From Macrostomum hystrix (taxonomy: Eukaryota; Animalia; Platyhelminthes), in contig CATNEN010000025.1 in assembly GCA_950097015.1 (NCBI GenBank), forward strand, positions 8,494,001-8,558,000: a DNA stretch of 64,000 bases, given 5' to 3'. The notes under the pieces are model-generated. The model had not been told where the DNA came from. It saw nothing but the letters and a program-made list of their open reading frames with translations, and ran no database searches. Below are positions 11,571 through 24,958 of the stretch, piece by piece; positions within the stretch are counted from its first letter, which is position 1, and each line of letters starts with the position of its first letter. Both the position numbers and the translations under genes were made by a program.

Positions 11571-12622
11571 GAGGGAAGACGGGAGAAAGCTGGAGAGAAG
11601 AAAGGAGAGAAAATTGGAGAGAAGGTGAGGGAGAAGACGGTGAATAAAAAGTGAGGAGTTGAGAAAAGGGCTCGAGAGAAGAAAGTAGAGGATATAGAGG
11701 AGAGGAACAATAGGGGCGGGGAGTGGCGTGGTGACCATTGTATAGCCGGTGCTAAAGGAGTTTCCAGGAAATCTTAGCTGCCCCCCTGTGGGGGGCGCCC
11801 AGCATGAAAGATCGTCAGAGTGATCGATGCAGATTATCCCGTCGAAGTCCACAGATAATATTTTGAAGAGAATCTGACAAAGTGAGCTGCCTGATTAGCA
11901 CCCGGAAATCCCTTCGAAATCTCACCCCCAACCCGCCGCATCATCAGCCGCCCAGGTGTTGCGCTCGCCACCTACTCAATCCCCCTGAGTCCAGGTAAGA
12001 GAGAGAGTGAGAGAGGGATTAGACAAAGTCGATGTGGATTTTAGCTGCACACAGGGGGGGCATGCTGTTGAGAAGACTCCAGAGCTCCAGTCCCAAGTAA
12101 TCCTCTGGGGGGAGAGGGTTTAACACCACAGCAATGTACTAAATGTTGTTCTTCCCAAAAAAACTTGTATAAACTTTTTCCTCGTTCTCCTCAAACTAGT
12201 ATTGAAAGAGAGATAAAAATGCTATTAATTTTTTTTCTGTCGGAAAAACTTCACTCACAGCCAGGGTTTTCTGTTGCCGAACTGTGCCTGTCGCGAACTG
12301 AAGCGGAAACTGCATGCTTGAATTTCTAAGAATAAAAAACTGAAAAACACCAGAAGCCATTTCTCCTTATCTGTAGCAGATCTTCTAGTAGGAATGGTTC
12401 TGTCCCTTTGAAAATGGAAAATTTCCCGAATTGCTTCACAATCAAATACGAGCTAGTTTGGCATTTCCAGATTAGATGGAAATTAAAGACGAGATATTTC
12501 ACAAGGGAAATGGGCCGCAAATAGATCAGAAGCCGTGTCACATTTGAGATCATTATAGCACAGCATTGTAACATTCTGATTTGAGCAATTCAGCTGATGC
12601 GAGATAATTGGAAAGAAACTGG

Positions 12623-14062
12623 ATTCGAACAGATCAATAGAACACAAATTCGAACAGATCAATAGAACACAAATTCGAACAGATCAATAGAACACAAATT
12701 CGAACAGATCAATAGAACACAAATTCGAACAGATCAATAGAACACAAATTCGAACAGATCAATAGAACACAAATTCGAACAGATCAATAGAACACAAATT
12801 CGAACAGATCAATAGAACACAAATTCGAACAGATCAATAGAACACAAATTCGAACAGATCAATAGAACACAAATTCGAACAGATCAATAGAACACAAATT
12901 CGAACAGATCAATAGAACACAAATTCTAACAGATCAATAGAACACAAATTCGAAGAGATCAATAGAACACAAATTCGAAGAGATCAATAGAACACAAATT
13001 CGAACAGATCAATAGAACACAAATTCGAACAGATCAATAGAACACAAATTCGAAGAGATCAATAGAACACAAATTCGAACAGATCAATAGAACACAAATT
13101 CGAAGAGATCAATAGAACACAAATTCGAACAGATCAATAGAACACAAATTCGAACAGATCAATAGAACACAAATTCGAACAGATCAATAGAACACAAATT
13201 CGAACAGATCAATAGAACACAAATTCGAACAGATCAATAGAACACAAATTCGAACAGATCAATAGAACACAAATTCGAAGAGATCAATAGAACACAAATT
13301 CGAACAGATCAATAGAACACAAATTCGAACAGATCAATAGAACACAAATTCGAAGAGATCAATAGAACACAAATTCGAAGAGATCAATAGAACACAAATT
13401 CGAACAGATCAATAGAACACAAATTCGAACAGATCAATAGAACACAAATTCGAACAGATCAATAGAACACAAATTCGAACAGATCAATAGAACACAAATT
13501 CGAACAGATCAATAGAACACAAATTCGAACAGATCAAAAGAACACAAATTCGAACAGATCAATAGAACACAAAATCGAACAGATCAATAGAACACAAATT
13601 CGAACAGATCAATAGAACACAAATTCGAACAGATCAATAGAACACAAATTCGAACAGATCAATAGAACACAAATTCGAACAGATCAATAGAACACAAATT
13701 CGAACAGATCAATAGAACACAAATTCGAACAGATCAATAGAACACAAATTCGAACAGATCAAAAGAACACAAATTCGAACAGATCAATAGAACACAAATT
13801 CGAACAGATCAATAGAACACAAATTCGAACAGATCAATAGAACACAAATTCAAACAGATCAATAGAACACAAAATCGAACAGATCAATAGAACACAAATT
13901 CAAACAGATCAATAGAACACAAATTCAAACAGATCAATAGAACACAAATTCAAACAGATCAATAGAACACAAAATCGAACAGATCAATAGAACACAAATT
14001 CGAACAGATCAATAGAACACAGATTCGAACAGATCAATAGAACACAAATTCGAACAGATCGA
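12623..14062. repeat. 25-bp minisatellite (GAACAGATCAATAGAACACAAATTC), about 57 copies, Kv intron 2
   Basis: GAAC anchors at 12627, 12652 and onward (period 25). Confidence 0.96.
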
Positions 14063-14116
14063 ACAGTTCTGTTCTTTTCTGTTGAGCTTAACCCCAACCC
14101 TAACCCTAACCCTCAC

Positions 14117-14867
14117 CGGACACAGCGGCGATGGAGCCAACGATGAATCCAGGTCCGCTTTTGGGCACAATGTCTCCATAGCCTACGGTGGTGAGTGTGA
14201 CGATGCTCCACCAGAAAGCGTGGGGAATGTCGCTGAAGGTCTCAGTCTGCTTGTACTCGGCCATGTACACCATGGAGCTGAACAGGAACATGCCGTTCAT
14301 CAGCAGGAAGCCCAACAGCACGAGCTCCGGGATCGACTTCTTCACCGTCAGCATCAGGACTCGAAGGCCGCGACTGATTTTGCTGATCTTGAAGACACGC
14401 AGAATTCTCAGAGCCTGCGACATTGAGAGCACATTCAGCCACCACAGGCTGACCTGGGTGGCGTCCTGATTGGCGCGCTGCTGCATCACCTCCGTGTCCG
14501 GGTGATAGTAATAGAAGAAGAACAGGGACACGTAGATCCAGTAGGAGCCCAGGATGATGATGTCCATGATGGAGATGGGCGATCTTAGAAATTTCCTCTT
14601 ATCCGGCGCCACCACCAGCTTGATGAAGAACTCGAAGGTGAAGACAGCGTTCAGCGTGATGTCCACAATGACCAGTCCCTGAAGCGGCTCGGTCTCGCAG
14701 TCTTTACGCACCTTCGGATTCGAGGAGCGCAGGTCGTCGCTGCAGACGCCAGTGGTGACGTTGCTCCAGAACACTTTGCCGCTGGGGGCACGAAAGGCCA
14801 GGTGAGTCTGCAGACAGTAGCACATCACGCTGCATATCATCAGCAACAGCAGCAGCATGGCCCACAG
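14117..14867 (-). CDS. Shaw: Shaw/Kv3-family K+ channel, exon 2 (S1-S5, pore, start of S6)
   Basis: Acceptor TTCCAG|14867, phase 0. S4 reads QALRILRVFKISK and the pore reads FWWSIVTLTTVGYGDIVP. Donor TCCG|GTGAGG at 14116, phase 1. Confidence 0.95.
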
Positions 14868-14984
14868 CTGGAATGGGTCAGTTTCAAGTTTAGCACATGT
14901 TATTAGGACTTGATAAAAAATGTCTTTAAAAATAATGGAAACAATTGCTTCTTATAAATAGATGCATAAACGAATTTTTACTCT

Positions 14985-15435
14985 AAACCCTAATCTCAAT
15001 CATAACCCTAATCCCCAATCACAACCCTAATTCCAATCACAACCCTAATCCCAATCACAACCCAAATCCCAATCACAACCCTAATCCCAATCAAAACCCT
15101 AATCCCAATCACAAACTTAATCCCAATCCCAACTATAATCCCAATCACAACCCTAATCACAATCCAAACTATAACCCCAATCCAAACTATAATCCCAATC
15201 ACATTCCTAATCCCAATCACAACCCTAATCCCAATCACAACCCTAATCCCAATCCCAATCACAATCCCAACTCGAATCCCAGCCTCCAGTCCCAACCCAA
15301 TTCCCAACCCGAATCCCATAACCCGATCCGAATTTCAATCCCAAAATCTAACCCCAACCGAAATCTCAGCCCCAATCCCAATCCCAATCCTAATCCCAGT
15401 CCCATGCCCATCCTAATCAAGATCCCGATCCCAAG
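14985..15435. repeat. Telomere-like degenerate 18-bp array (AATCCCAATCACAACCCT) in Kv intron 1
   Basis: CCCTAA/CCCAAT hexamers visible directly. Confidence 0.85.
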
Positions 15436-16035
15436 TCTCAATTCAATCTGATTGCGCAGCTGGCACAAACGCTTACTAATGAGTTCTTTTTCATCGAATG
15501 CAGCGGAAAATTCTTGGGATGCCTGTCAAGGTCCGGTCTAGAAGTTTTTTATATTAACAAACTTCCTGGCTTCATATTTCAGTAAAGTGCAACCTAAAGA
15601 ATTCACTTTCTTTTTGTCATTTCCCAACTCACTGAAATGTAAGTGGACTAGCGTAGTTTAATCTGCAAAGAATGTGGAAGCTAATTGTTGAATTGAAGCT
15701 AAATTCTCTGTCTATTGTACTCGTACTGAGCACACGGCTGCTGCTGCTGCTTCTGCTTCTGCTACTCAGAAAAGAAAGTGGCGTCTTGGAGGTGAGGTTA
15801 GGGTTTCTGGCATAATAAAAAATAAGTTGCGACCAAATAAGAGGAACGCAGAATAGGTTTGGGCTATGGGAAATTTTACTCCCGACCACCGCATTGTCCT
15901 ATTATGGCTGGCCAAGGTGAGGTGAAGTGGTTCTTGAGCTCTCTGACGGATTGAACTAGGGAATAACTTCTAAAAATAGATTTTTATTTCTATACTGTTA
16001 CGCTTAAAAACTGATGGCTCAAAAAAGCAACACTT

Positions 16036-16480
16036 TCCCGATCCTGATCCCAATCCCGATCCTGATCCCAATCCCGATCCTGATCCTAATCCCGATCCTG
16101 ATCCCAATCCCGATCCTGATCCCAATCCCGATCCTGATCCTAATCCCGATCCTGATCCCAATCCCGATCCTGATCACAATCCCGATCCCAATCCCGATCC
16201 TGATCACAATCCCGATCCTGATCACAATCCCGATCCTGATCCCAATCCCGATCCTGATCCCAATCCCGATCCTGATCTCAATCCCGATCCCAATCCCGAT
16301 CCTGATCCCAATCCCGATCCTGATCACAATCCCGATCCTGATCACAATCCCGATCCTGATCCCAATCCCGATCCTAATCCCAATCCCGATCCTGATCCCA
16401 ATCTTGATCCTGCTCCCAATCCCAATCCTGATCCCAATCCCAATCCCGATCCTGATCCCAATCCCGATCCTGATCCTGAT
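16036..16480. repeat. Hexamer-based array (AATCCCGATCCTGATCCC) in Kv intron 1
   Basis: Repeating AATCCC/GATCCT/GATCCC words. Confidence 0.9.
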
Positions 16481-17224
16481 TTGCAATTTCTTAAGTACCT
16501 ATGCGAAATCATTAAATTTACTAGAAACAAATCAAATATTTTCTACAAAATCGAATACCCATCTAACTCTAACTTGTAAGTTTAACCTCCAGCCAAACCG
16601 GCGCTTCCAAGAAACTCATTTGCATGCGCGGTCACTCACGCCCCGTAGGAAAAATATTAGAAATTAAAAGTTTGAGCGATAGAGAGCCTACCAAATACAA
16701 TCTCCATATCTCCATGAAGCAACAGCTTCACTATACACTCAACTTATTTGCTTTAGTTTTTCTCTCCGAAAATAAATATAAATCAACTCTTAGAACTCAT
16801 ATTTTTCGCCCCGACGCGACCCGGTGCTCATTATAGGCAAATTTTCTGTCTCTCAGCTCTGGGAGACTTGACACCCTTATAATTATCAACAGGTTGAAGT
16901 TCAGGACGATGAGATATGGGGTGAAGCCATTTGGACTGAGAAATGGATGATGAGGCTTGGGAAGCTGGCTAGGTGTGACAGGTGACAGGAGGTGAGCGGC
17001 CTTGACGGCTGCAACATGTTTTGCACCTGCGGGCTTCACTTTTTCCTGCGCCCATTTTCAGCTCTCTCACTAACTCATTTTCCGTGTCTTTTATCTATTC
17101 ATATCTCTCAAAATTCTTCACTGGCATTCTTGTTCTGCCCTGTCTCTCTCTCATCAGACTCTTTTCCTACATTATTAATATATTAATATATATTAAGGCT
17201 TTTGTCTTTTGTCTCTTTTTTCTT

Positions 17225-17810
17225 TCCCTGTCCCGTTCTGTCTCCTCTCCCATCTCCTCTTTAATCTCGATCCTCGCTCGTCTCTATCATATCTCTTCCC
17301 CTGCTCCCTTCCGTCCCTTCTCCTCTCTCATCTCTCCTCTCGCCTCTAACCCCATCCGTCTCCCCTCTCCTTTCCCTTTTTTCTCGCCCTATTTCTTCCC
17401 AGTCCACTCTTCCCACACTCCCTTCTTCCCCTCCTTTCTCCTTTCGTACCTCCCCTTTCATTATGTCTCCTCTCTTCTCAATAATAGCCCTCCCCTCTCC
17501 TCCTGTCCTCTCCCCCTCTCCTCTCTCCCGTCTCCCCCCTCTTTCTATCCTCTCCTCTTTCCATTCTCCTCTCTTTCCTCTTTTTCTCTCCCGCTATTTC
17601 TCCCCACTTCTACCCTCTCCCCTCCCCTGCACTCTTCCCCTCCTCTCTCTTCTCCTCTCTCCCGTTTCGTTTTATTCCTCTCTTCTCTCCCTCTCCTCTC
17701 TCCCCTCTCCTCTCTCCCCTCTCCTCTCTCCCCTCTCCTCTCTCCCCTCTCCTCTCTCCCCTCTTCTCTCTCCCCTCGCGTTCTCTCCTCTCTTATTCTA
17801 CTTGTATAGC
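17225..17810. repeat. Polypyrimidine (CT-rich) low-complexity tract
   Basis: Almost exclusively C/T on the + strand, with CCTCTCTCC motifs. Confidence 0.85.
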
Positions 17811-18877
17811 TATTTTCATTTCTGTTACCCAATTAATTCTCCCCTTCACAGATCTGTCCCTCTAAATATAAACGATTCATTATCAGGATCAATTTCCCCT
17901 ATTCTCCCATTCGCATTTCAACCTCTGTGTCCTATTTTTATCAGCAATTTTCAAACTCAAAACCAGAAATAATGACTGGTCCAATGTGTCCAACTATTCT
18001 ACAGAAATAGATCAATAAAATGGCACTGTTGCCAGGTTGGTTGGCAATAACAACAAAACAGAGATAGTCCCATACAGAAGACAAAAAAAGACAAAAAACG
18101 CTGCATGGCGGTTGGGAGATTTCGCGATTCAATCAGGCCGTCCCGAGGGCCCCAGTAAAAATGATCTCCCAGAGCGAAGCGACCAGAAAAAGACGCCCCA
18201 AGCTTGGACTCAAGGCCTACAGCCAGTTCCGTCTCTGCTCGTTAGCTGAATGGGCCGCCACTGGACTGCGGGCCGATCGCTGAATTTGCATAATTTCTCT
18301 CATCGCTGAATCCATCCTGAACTCCCCAGCCACTTGACCAGTTGATCCACTCCAGCACCGGCTCCTAGAAGCAGAAGAAGACGATGCAGAGAGAAAAGAG
18401 AAGAAGAATAAGATCGAAGCTCTCATTTCTTCTTTGCTGAAGGACATTTCTCTGCCCAATGTCCTCCCTAAGCCTTCCATCTGCCGTGGACTAGGACGCA
18501 CTGGTGGGTGAGGGGAACCATTTGAAGATTGGGCGCCAATTCAAATTGGCCCACTTGACAGCTTGTTCAATGGACCAATGATTGATTGGGACAGGGGCAA
18601 TTCTAGGAAAGGGATCGAGTCTTCCAATGCAGCCAATTCGACTTTCTTTCGAATCTCGCAAGTAGAACTTTTCAATTCACTTCGTCCCGATTTCCCAGCA
18701 GCGATTATAAATATATTTTTCAGTTGGATAGATGAGACAGGAAGGCCTGGTTGAGTACTCACACACAAACCGGCTTGGGACTCTAGACATCATTAGACAA
18801 TTTCAGTTGGCACCTGGGAATGCTCAGTGCTAGCGTCACTTAACTGGCATGCGAAACCAGATTGCAAATAGCCGACT

Positions 18878-19950
18878 CTACATCTCATGCAACTCCCTCC
18901 CTACATCTCATGCTACTCCCTACCTACATCTCATGCTACTCCCTCCCTACATCTCATGCTACTCCCTCCCTACATCTCATGCTACTCCCTACCTACATCT
19001 CATGCTACTCCCTCCCTACATCTCATGCTACTCCCTACCTACATCTCATGCTACTCCCTCCCTACATCTCATGCTACTCCCTCCCTACATCTCATGCTAC
19101 TCCCTCCCTACATCTCATGCTACTCCCTCCCTACATCTCATGCTACTCCCTACCTACATCTCATGCAACTCCCTCCCTACATCTCATGCTACACCCTTTC
19201 CCTACATCTCATGCTACACCCTTTCACTACATCTCATGCTACACCCTTTCCCTACATCTAATGCTACTCTCTTTCCCTACATCTCATGCTACTCTCTCTC
19301 TCCCTACATCTGGTGCCACTCTGTTTCCCTACATCTGATGCCACTCTGTTTCCCTACATCTGGTGCCACTCTGTTTTCCTACATCTGATGCCACTCTGTT
19401 TTCCTACATCTCATGCCACTCTGTTTTCCTACATCTGATGCCACTCTGTTTTCCTACATCTCATGCCACTCTGTTTCCCTACATCTGGTGCCACTCTGTT
19501 TCCCTACATCTGGTGCCACTCTGTTTTCCTACATCTGATGCCACTCTGTTTCCCTACATCTCATGCCACTCTGTTTCCCTACATCTGGTGCCACTCTGTT
19601 TTCCTACATCTGGTGCCACTCTGTTTCCCTACATCTCATGCTACTCTCTCTCCCTGCATCTCATTCTACTATTTTTCTACATATCATGCTACTCCCTCCC
19701 TACATCTCATGCTTCTCTCTTTCCCTACATCTCATGCTACTCCATTTCCCTACATCTCATGCTACTCTCTTTCCCTACATCTCATGCTACTCTCTCCCTA
19801 CATCTCATGCTACTCTCTCCCTACATCTCATGCTACTCTCTCCCTACATCTCATGCTACTCTCTCCCTACATCTCATGCTACTCTCTCCCTACATCTCAT
19901 GCTACTCTCTCCCTACATCTCATGCTACTCTCTCCCTACATCTGATGCTA
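18878..19950. repeat. 23-25-bp minisatellite (CTACATCTCATGCTACTCCCTCC, with a central block of CTACATCTG[A/G]TGCCACTCTGTTTCC variants)
   Basis: CTACATCT anchor recurs every 23-25 nt. Confidence 0.92.
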
Positions 19951-20831
19951 CTCTTTTCCTACTTCTCATTCTTTCCCTTGTCCCTTCAACTTATGCAATA
20001 TTGTCCTCTCCTTTGCTTTCTTTTTTATTACGAGCCAAGCCAGTAACCCTATAGCATTATTTGATTGCATTGTCGAGAGAAGGTCGCGCTCATTAGATAA
20101 TAAAAAAGCTGCACAATGGATCCAACGAATGCCTTCTCAACAATTAGCTTCGGAGACAAAAGTGGTGCAAAAAATTCTCCAAGCCAAATACTGCTAGATT
20201 GTGGATGCATTCTTCGGCTAGGCATATATCTCTGCAGCTTCTCGACAAGAGCCCATTTCAACCTCTCCCAGGTACTTCACTTTTTTGTTAGCATTCCGCA
20301 TCCCTAGTCCCAGCAGCCTCCCCGCCAAAAGAGGAAGTATAATTGTGATGCTAGTTGGGAGTAGCTCTGTGTTCGCTCTTTGTTGTGTCGTGAACTATGG
20401 CTCGTAAAAGGGAGTGGGCGACACTCATGGGGATCTGTTAAAGTAGGAAACTCCAAAGACCTTCTGCTGACGAAAGGTGAAGCAACTGCTACAACAACCT
20501 GGCCAAAAGAAAAATACTTCAGGAAGGAATTCTGTTACACACGCACACACAGGGCAGGCCATTCACAGCTGGCAAATGTCTGTGCCGCGTGTGGCACGCA
20601 AACCCACCATGCAGACCTAAACCTATGAACCTGAGCGACTGCACACCGATGGAAAACTTGGCTTCCTTAACTAATCTAGAAGAAGTAGGTTGAGCTAAAC
20701 TGCTCTATCCATCATATCCGTGTGGCAATCACATGTCTACTGCAGACACAGTTGAAGGCCAGTCACACTATTAGCTGATCAGAGCTCAGCCCTCCACTGT
20801 CCATTTCCATTACACTCGAAAACTTTAGCGA

Positions 20832-23810
20832 TCACCAACCCATCCTTCAGTTCTCCATCCACCGATTCTTCAGTTCTCAAACCACCGATCCTTCAGTTCT
20901 CCATCCACCCATCCTTCAGTTCTCCATCCACCGATTCTTCAGTTCTCAAACCACCGATCCTTCAGTTCTCCATCCACCGATTCTTCAGTTCTCAAACCAC
21001 CGATCCTTCAGTTCTCCATCCACCGATTCTTCAGTTCTCCATCCACCCATCCTTCAGTTCTCCATCCACCGATTCTTCAGTTCTCAAACCACCGATCCTT
21101 CAGTTCTCCATCCACCCATTCTTCAGTTCTCCATCCACCCATTCTTCAGTTCTCCATCCACCCATTCTTCAGTTCTCCATCCACCCATTCTTCAGTTCTC
21201 CATCCACCCATCCTTCAGTTCTCCATCCACCGATTCTTCAGTTCTCAAACCACCGATCCTTCAGTTCTCCATCCACCGATTCTTCAGTTCTCAAACCACC
21301 GATCCTTCAGTTCTCCATCCACCGATTCTTCAGTTCTCCATCCACCCATCCTTCAGTTCTCCATCCACCGATTCTTCAGTTCTCAAACCACCGATCCTTC
21401 AGTTCTCCATCCACCCATTCTTCAGTTCTCCATCCACCCATTCTTCAGTTCTCCATCCACCCATTCTTCAGTTCTCCATCCACCCATTCTTCAGTTCTCC
21501 ATCCACCCATTCTTCAGTTCTCCATCCACCCATTCTTCAGTTCTCCATCCACCCATCCTTCAGTTCTCCATCCACCGATTCTTCAGTTCTCAAACCACCG
21601 ATCCTTCAGTTCTCCATCCACCCATTCTTCAGTTCTCCATCCACCCATCCTTCAGTTCTCCATCCACCGATTCTTCAGTTCTCAAACCACCGATCCTTCA
21701 GTTCTCCATCCACCGATTCTTCAGTTCTCAAACCACCGATCCTTCAGTTCTCCATCCACCCATTCTTCAGTTCTCCATCCACCCATTCTTCAGTTCTCCA
21801 TCCACCCATTCTTCAGTTCTCCATCCACCCATTCTTCAGTTCTCCATCCACCCATCCTTCAGTTCTCCATCCACCCATCCTTCAGTTCTCCATCCACCCA
21901 TTCTTCAGTTCTCCATCCACCCATCCTTCAGTTCTCAAACCACCGATTCTTCAGTTCTCAAACCACCGATTCTTCAGTTCTCAAACCACCGATTCTTCAG
22001 TTCTCAAACCACCGATTCTTCAGTTCTCAAACCACCGATTCTTCAGTTCTCTATCCACCCATCCTTCAGTTCTCCATCCACCGATTCTTTAGTTCTCAAA
22101 CCACCGATCCTTCAGTTCTCCATCCACCCATCCTTCAGTTCTCCATCCACCCATCCTTCAGTTCTCCATCCACCCATTCTTCAGTTCTCCATCCACCCAT
22201 CCTTCGGTTCTCCATCCACCCATTCTTCAGTTCTCCATCCACCCATCCTTCAGTTCTCCATCCACCCATTCTTCAGTTCTCCATCCACCCATCCTTCAGT
22301 TCTCAAACCACCGATTCTTCAGTTCTCAAACCACCGATTCTTCAGTTCTCAAACCACCGATTCTTCAGTTCTCAAACCACCGATCCTTCAGTTCTCAAAC
22401 CACCGATTCTTCAGTTCTCAAACCACCGATTCTTCAGTTCTCTATCCACCCATCCTTCAGTTCTCCATCCACCGATTCTTTAGTTCTCAAACCACCCATC
22501 CTTCAGTTCTCCATCCACCCATCCTTCAGTTCTCCATCCACCCATCCTTCAGTTCTCCATCCACCCATTCTTCAGTTCTCCATCCACCCATCCTTCGGTT
22601 CTCCATCCACCCATTCTTCAGTTCTCCATCCACCCATCCTTCAGTTCTCCATCCACCCATTCTTCAGTTCTCCATCCACCCATCCTTCAGTTCTCAAACC
22701 ACCGATTCTTCAGTTCTCAAACCACCGATTCTTCAGTTCTCAAACCACCGATTCTTCAGTTCTCAAACCACCGATCCTTCAGTTCTCAAACCACCGATTC
22801 TTCAGTTCTCAAACCACCGATTCTTCAGTTCTCTATCCACCCATCCTTCAGTTCTCCATCCACCGATTCTTTAGTTCTCAAACCACCGATCCTTCAGTTC
22901 TCCATCCACCCATCCTTCAGTTCTCCATCCACCCATCCTTCAGTTCTCCATCCACCCATTCTTCAGTTCTCCATCCACCCATCCTTCGGTTCTCCATCCA
23001 CCCATTCTTCAGTTCTCCATCCACCCATCCTTCAGTTCTCCATCCACCCATTCTTCAGTTCTCCATCCACCCATCCTTCAGTTCTCAAACCACCGATTCT
23101 TCAGTTCTCAAACCACCGATTCTTCAGTTCTCAAACCACCGATTCTTCAGTTCTCTATCCACCCATCCTTCAGTTCTCCATCCACCGATTCTTTAGTTCT
23201 CAAACCACCGATCCTTCAGTTCTCCATCCACCCATCCTTCAGTTCTCCATCCACCCATCCTTCAGTTCTCCATCCACCGATTCTTTAGTTCTCAAACCAC
23301 CGATCCTTCAGTTCTCCATCCACCCATTCTTCAGTTCTCCATCCACCCATCCTTCGGTTCTCCATCCACCCATTCTTCAGTTCTCCATCCACCCATCCTT
23401 CAGTTCTCAAACCACCCATCCTTCAGTTCTCCATCCACCCATCCTTCAGTTCTCAAACCACCGATCCTTCAGTTCTCAAACCACCGATTCTTCAGTTCTT
23501 AAACCACCGATCCTTCAGTTCGCCATCCACCGATCCTTCAGTTCTCAAACCACCGATCCTTCAGTTCTCCATCCACCCATCCTTCAGTTCTCAAACCACC
23601 GATCCTTCAGTTCTCAAACCACCGATCCTTCAGTTCTCAAACCACCGATCCTTCAGTTCTCAAACCACCGATCCTTCAGTTCTCAAACCACCGATCCTTC
23701 AGTTCTCCATCCACCCATCCTTCAGTTCTCAAACCACCGATCCTTCAGTTCTCAAACCACCGATCCTTCAGTTCTTAAACCACCGATCCTTCAGTTCTTA
23801 AACCACGGAT
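20832..23810. repeat. 23-bp minisatellite (CCTTCAGTTCTCCATCCACCCAT / ...CTCAAACCACCGAT), about 130 copies, with higher-order structure
   Basis: Period 23. Rare CTAT marker at 22051, 22442, 22833 and 23155. Confidence 0.96.
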
Positions 23811-24675
23811 TCCCAGCAACTCATCTCTCAGTTGTTACTGCGCTATGATCCTGGCTTTCCCACGAGCTCCTTAGCCCCATGTGGTCGGTCAAGCAGCCGG
23901 GCCAGAATCAAGCAAACATAGCGCATCCAGCAATAGCAATGGAAGGCTATGCAACTGACAGTCTCAAGTGGCTGGCCCTGCAGAGCCCGTACCACAAAAA
24001 CTCAAGCTTGCAATATTTTCCCTCTCTCTCCCGTTTCCAGCTTGTCTTTTATCCCAACCAGGGACCGAGGGGATTTCACCCGCCGACTGTTGTGAGAACC
24101 AAAGTCTACCAAACCAGTCAGAGCGGCTGGCAAAAGAAAAGCCTTGAGAGAATAGGATGAAGAAAAATCGAAAAAAAACTGCTGATTACAAAGGAAATAG
24201 TGTTTTCACAGGCCTTCTCAACCGTAAACTAATCACAGGGCCGCCAGGGTGAGAAGGAGAGAGAGAGCCAGGAAATGGAAAGAGAGAGAAAACAGTCAAT
24301 CTGGAGGGACGCACCCTCCCCGCACTATCGGTTGGGCGGTAGACTTTAATTAACGACAGTGCAGGGAATGCCTTTGCCAACTACCTCCCACTCTCTCCCT
24401 TATTTCTGTCTTAATTTCTCCCCCTTTAAAACTGCACCACCACTGACCAGATTGTAAAAGTGCTCCACTAAAATCAAAGTGCGATTCGATATCACTTTTT
24501 TATTATCTTTTGGAGGCAATTGTACGTAGTAACATAGGTCGAACTTTAAACCAGAAAGGGAGAGACACTGCCTAAGAAAAAATTATCTCTCGTAGAAATT
24601 GTCACATTTACACTAAATTGTCGCTTTCATTTTCGATATAGCTTTTAGATTTATACACCAGTAAACTCGATTTGT

Positions 24676-24830
24676 TTGTGTGTGTGTGTGTGTGTGTGTG
24701 TGCCCATAGTGTCACTGCCCATAGCTCTCCCGAAGACTTTATTATTATTATTATTATTATATTATAATAATTATTATTATTATTGTTAATATTTTTAGTT
24801 ATTATTATTATTTTTATTATTATTTTTATT
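24676..24830. repeat. (GT)n and (ATT)n microsatellites
   Basis: (GT)n at about 24676-24701; (ATT)n at about 24740-24830. Confidence 0.85.
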
Positions 24831-24916
24831 ATAACCAGTCTGAACTGAACGAGATAGCCCAGTTAGTGTATAATTCAAATTAGTTACACCGAAATTACGA
24901 GTATATTACCTTTCCG

Positions 24917-24958
24917 TGTACAGCTGTTCAGTCCATGGACTGGAGAGACCCACACAAA
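24917..24958 (-). mobile_element. Short fragment related to the 3' part of the SINE at 30661-30885
   Basis: Reverse complement GTGTGGGTCTCTCCAGTCCATGGACTGAACAGCTGTAC aligns by eye with GTGTGGCGTCCCTCCTGTCCATGGACTGAACAGCCGTAC at about 30837-30875. Confidence 0.6.

Noticed and set aside
10526-11852. Six-frame 300-430-aa ORFs
   Set aside because: Caused by a T-free purine array inside Kv intron 2.
17941-18768. Nested gene in Kv intron 1 (also the ORFs at 23879-24380 and 26188-26669)
   Set aside because: Short ORFs without recognisable motifs or a phase-consistent exon chain.
20484-20500. Hammerhead ribozyme core (CTGACGA), as found in some flatworm satellites; also CTGATGA near 33745 and 51733
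   Set aside because: No stem II followed by GAAA and no closing stem III could be found by eye.
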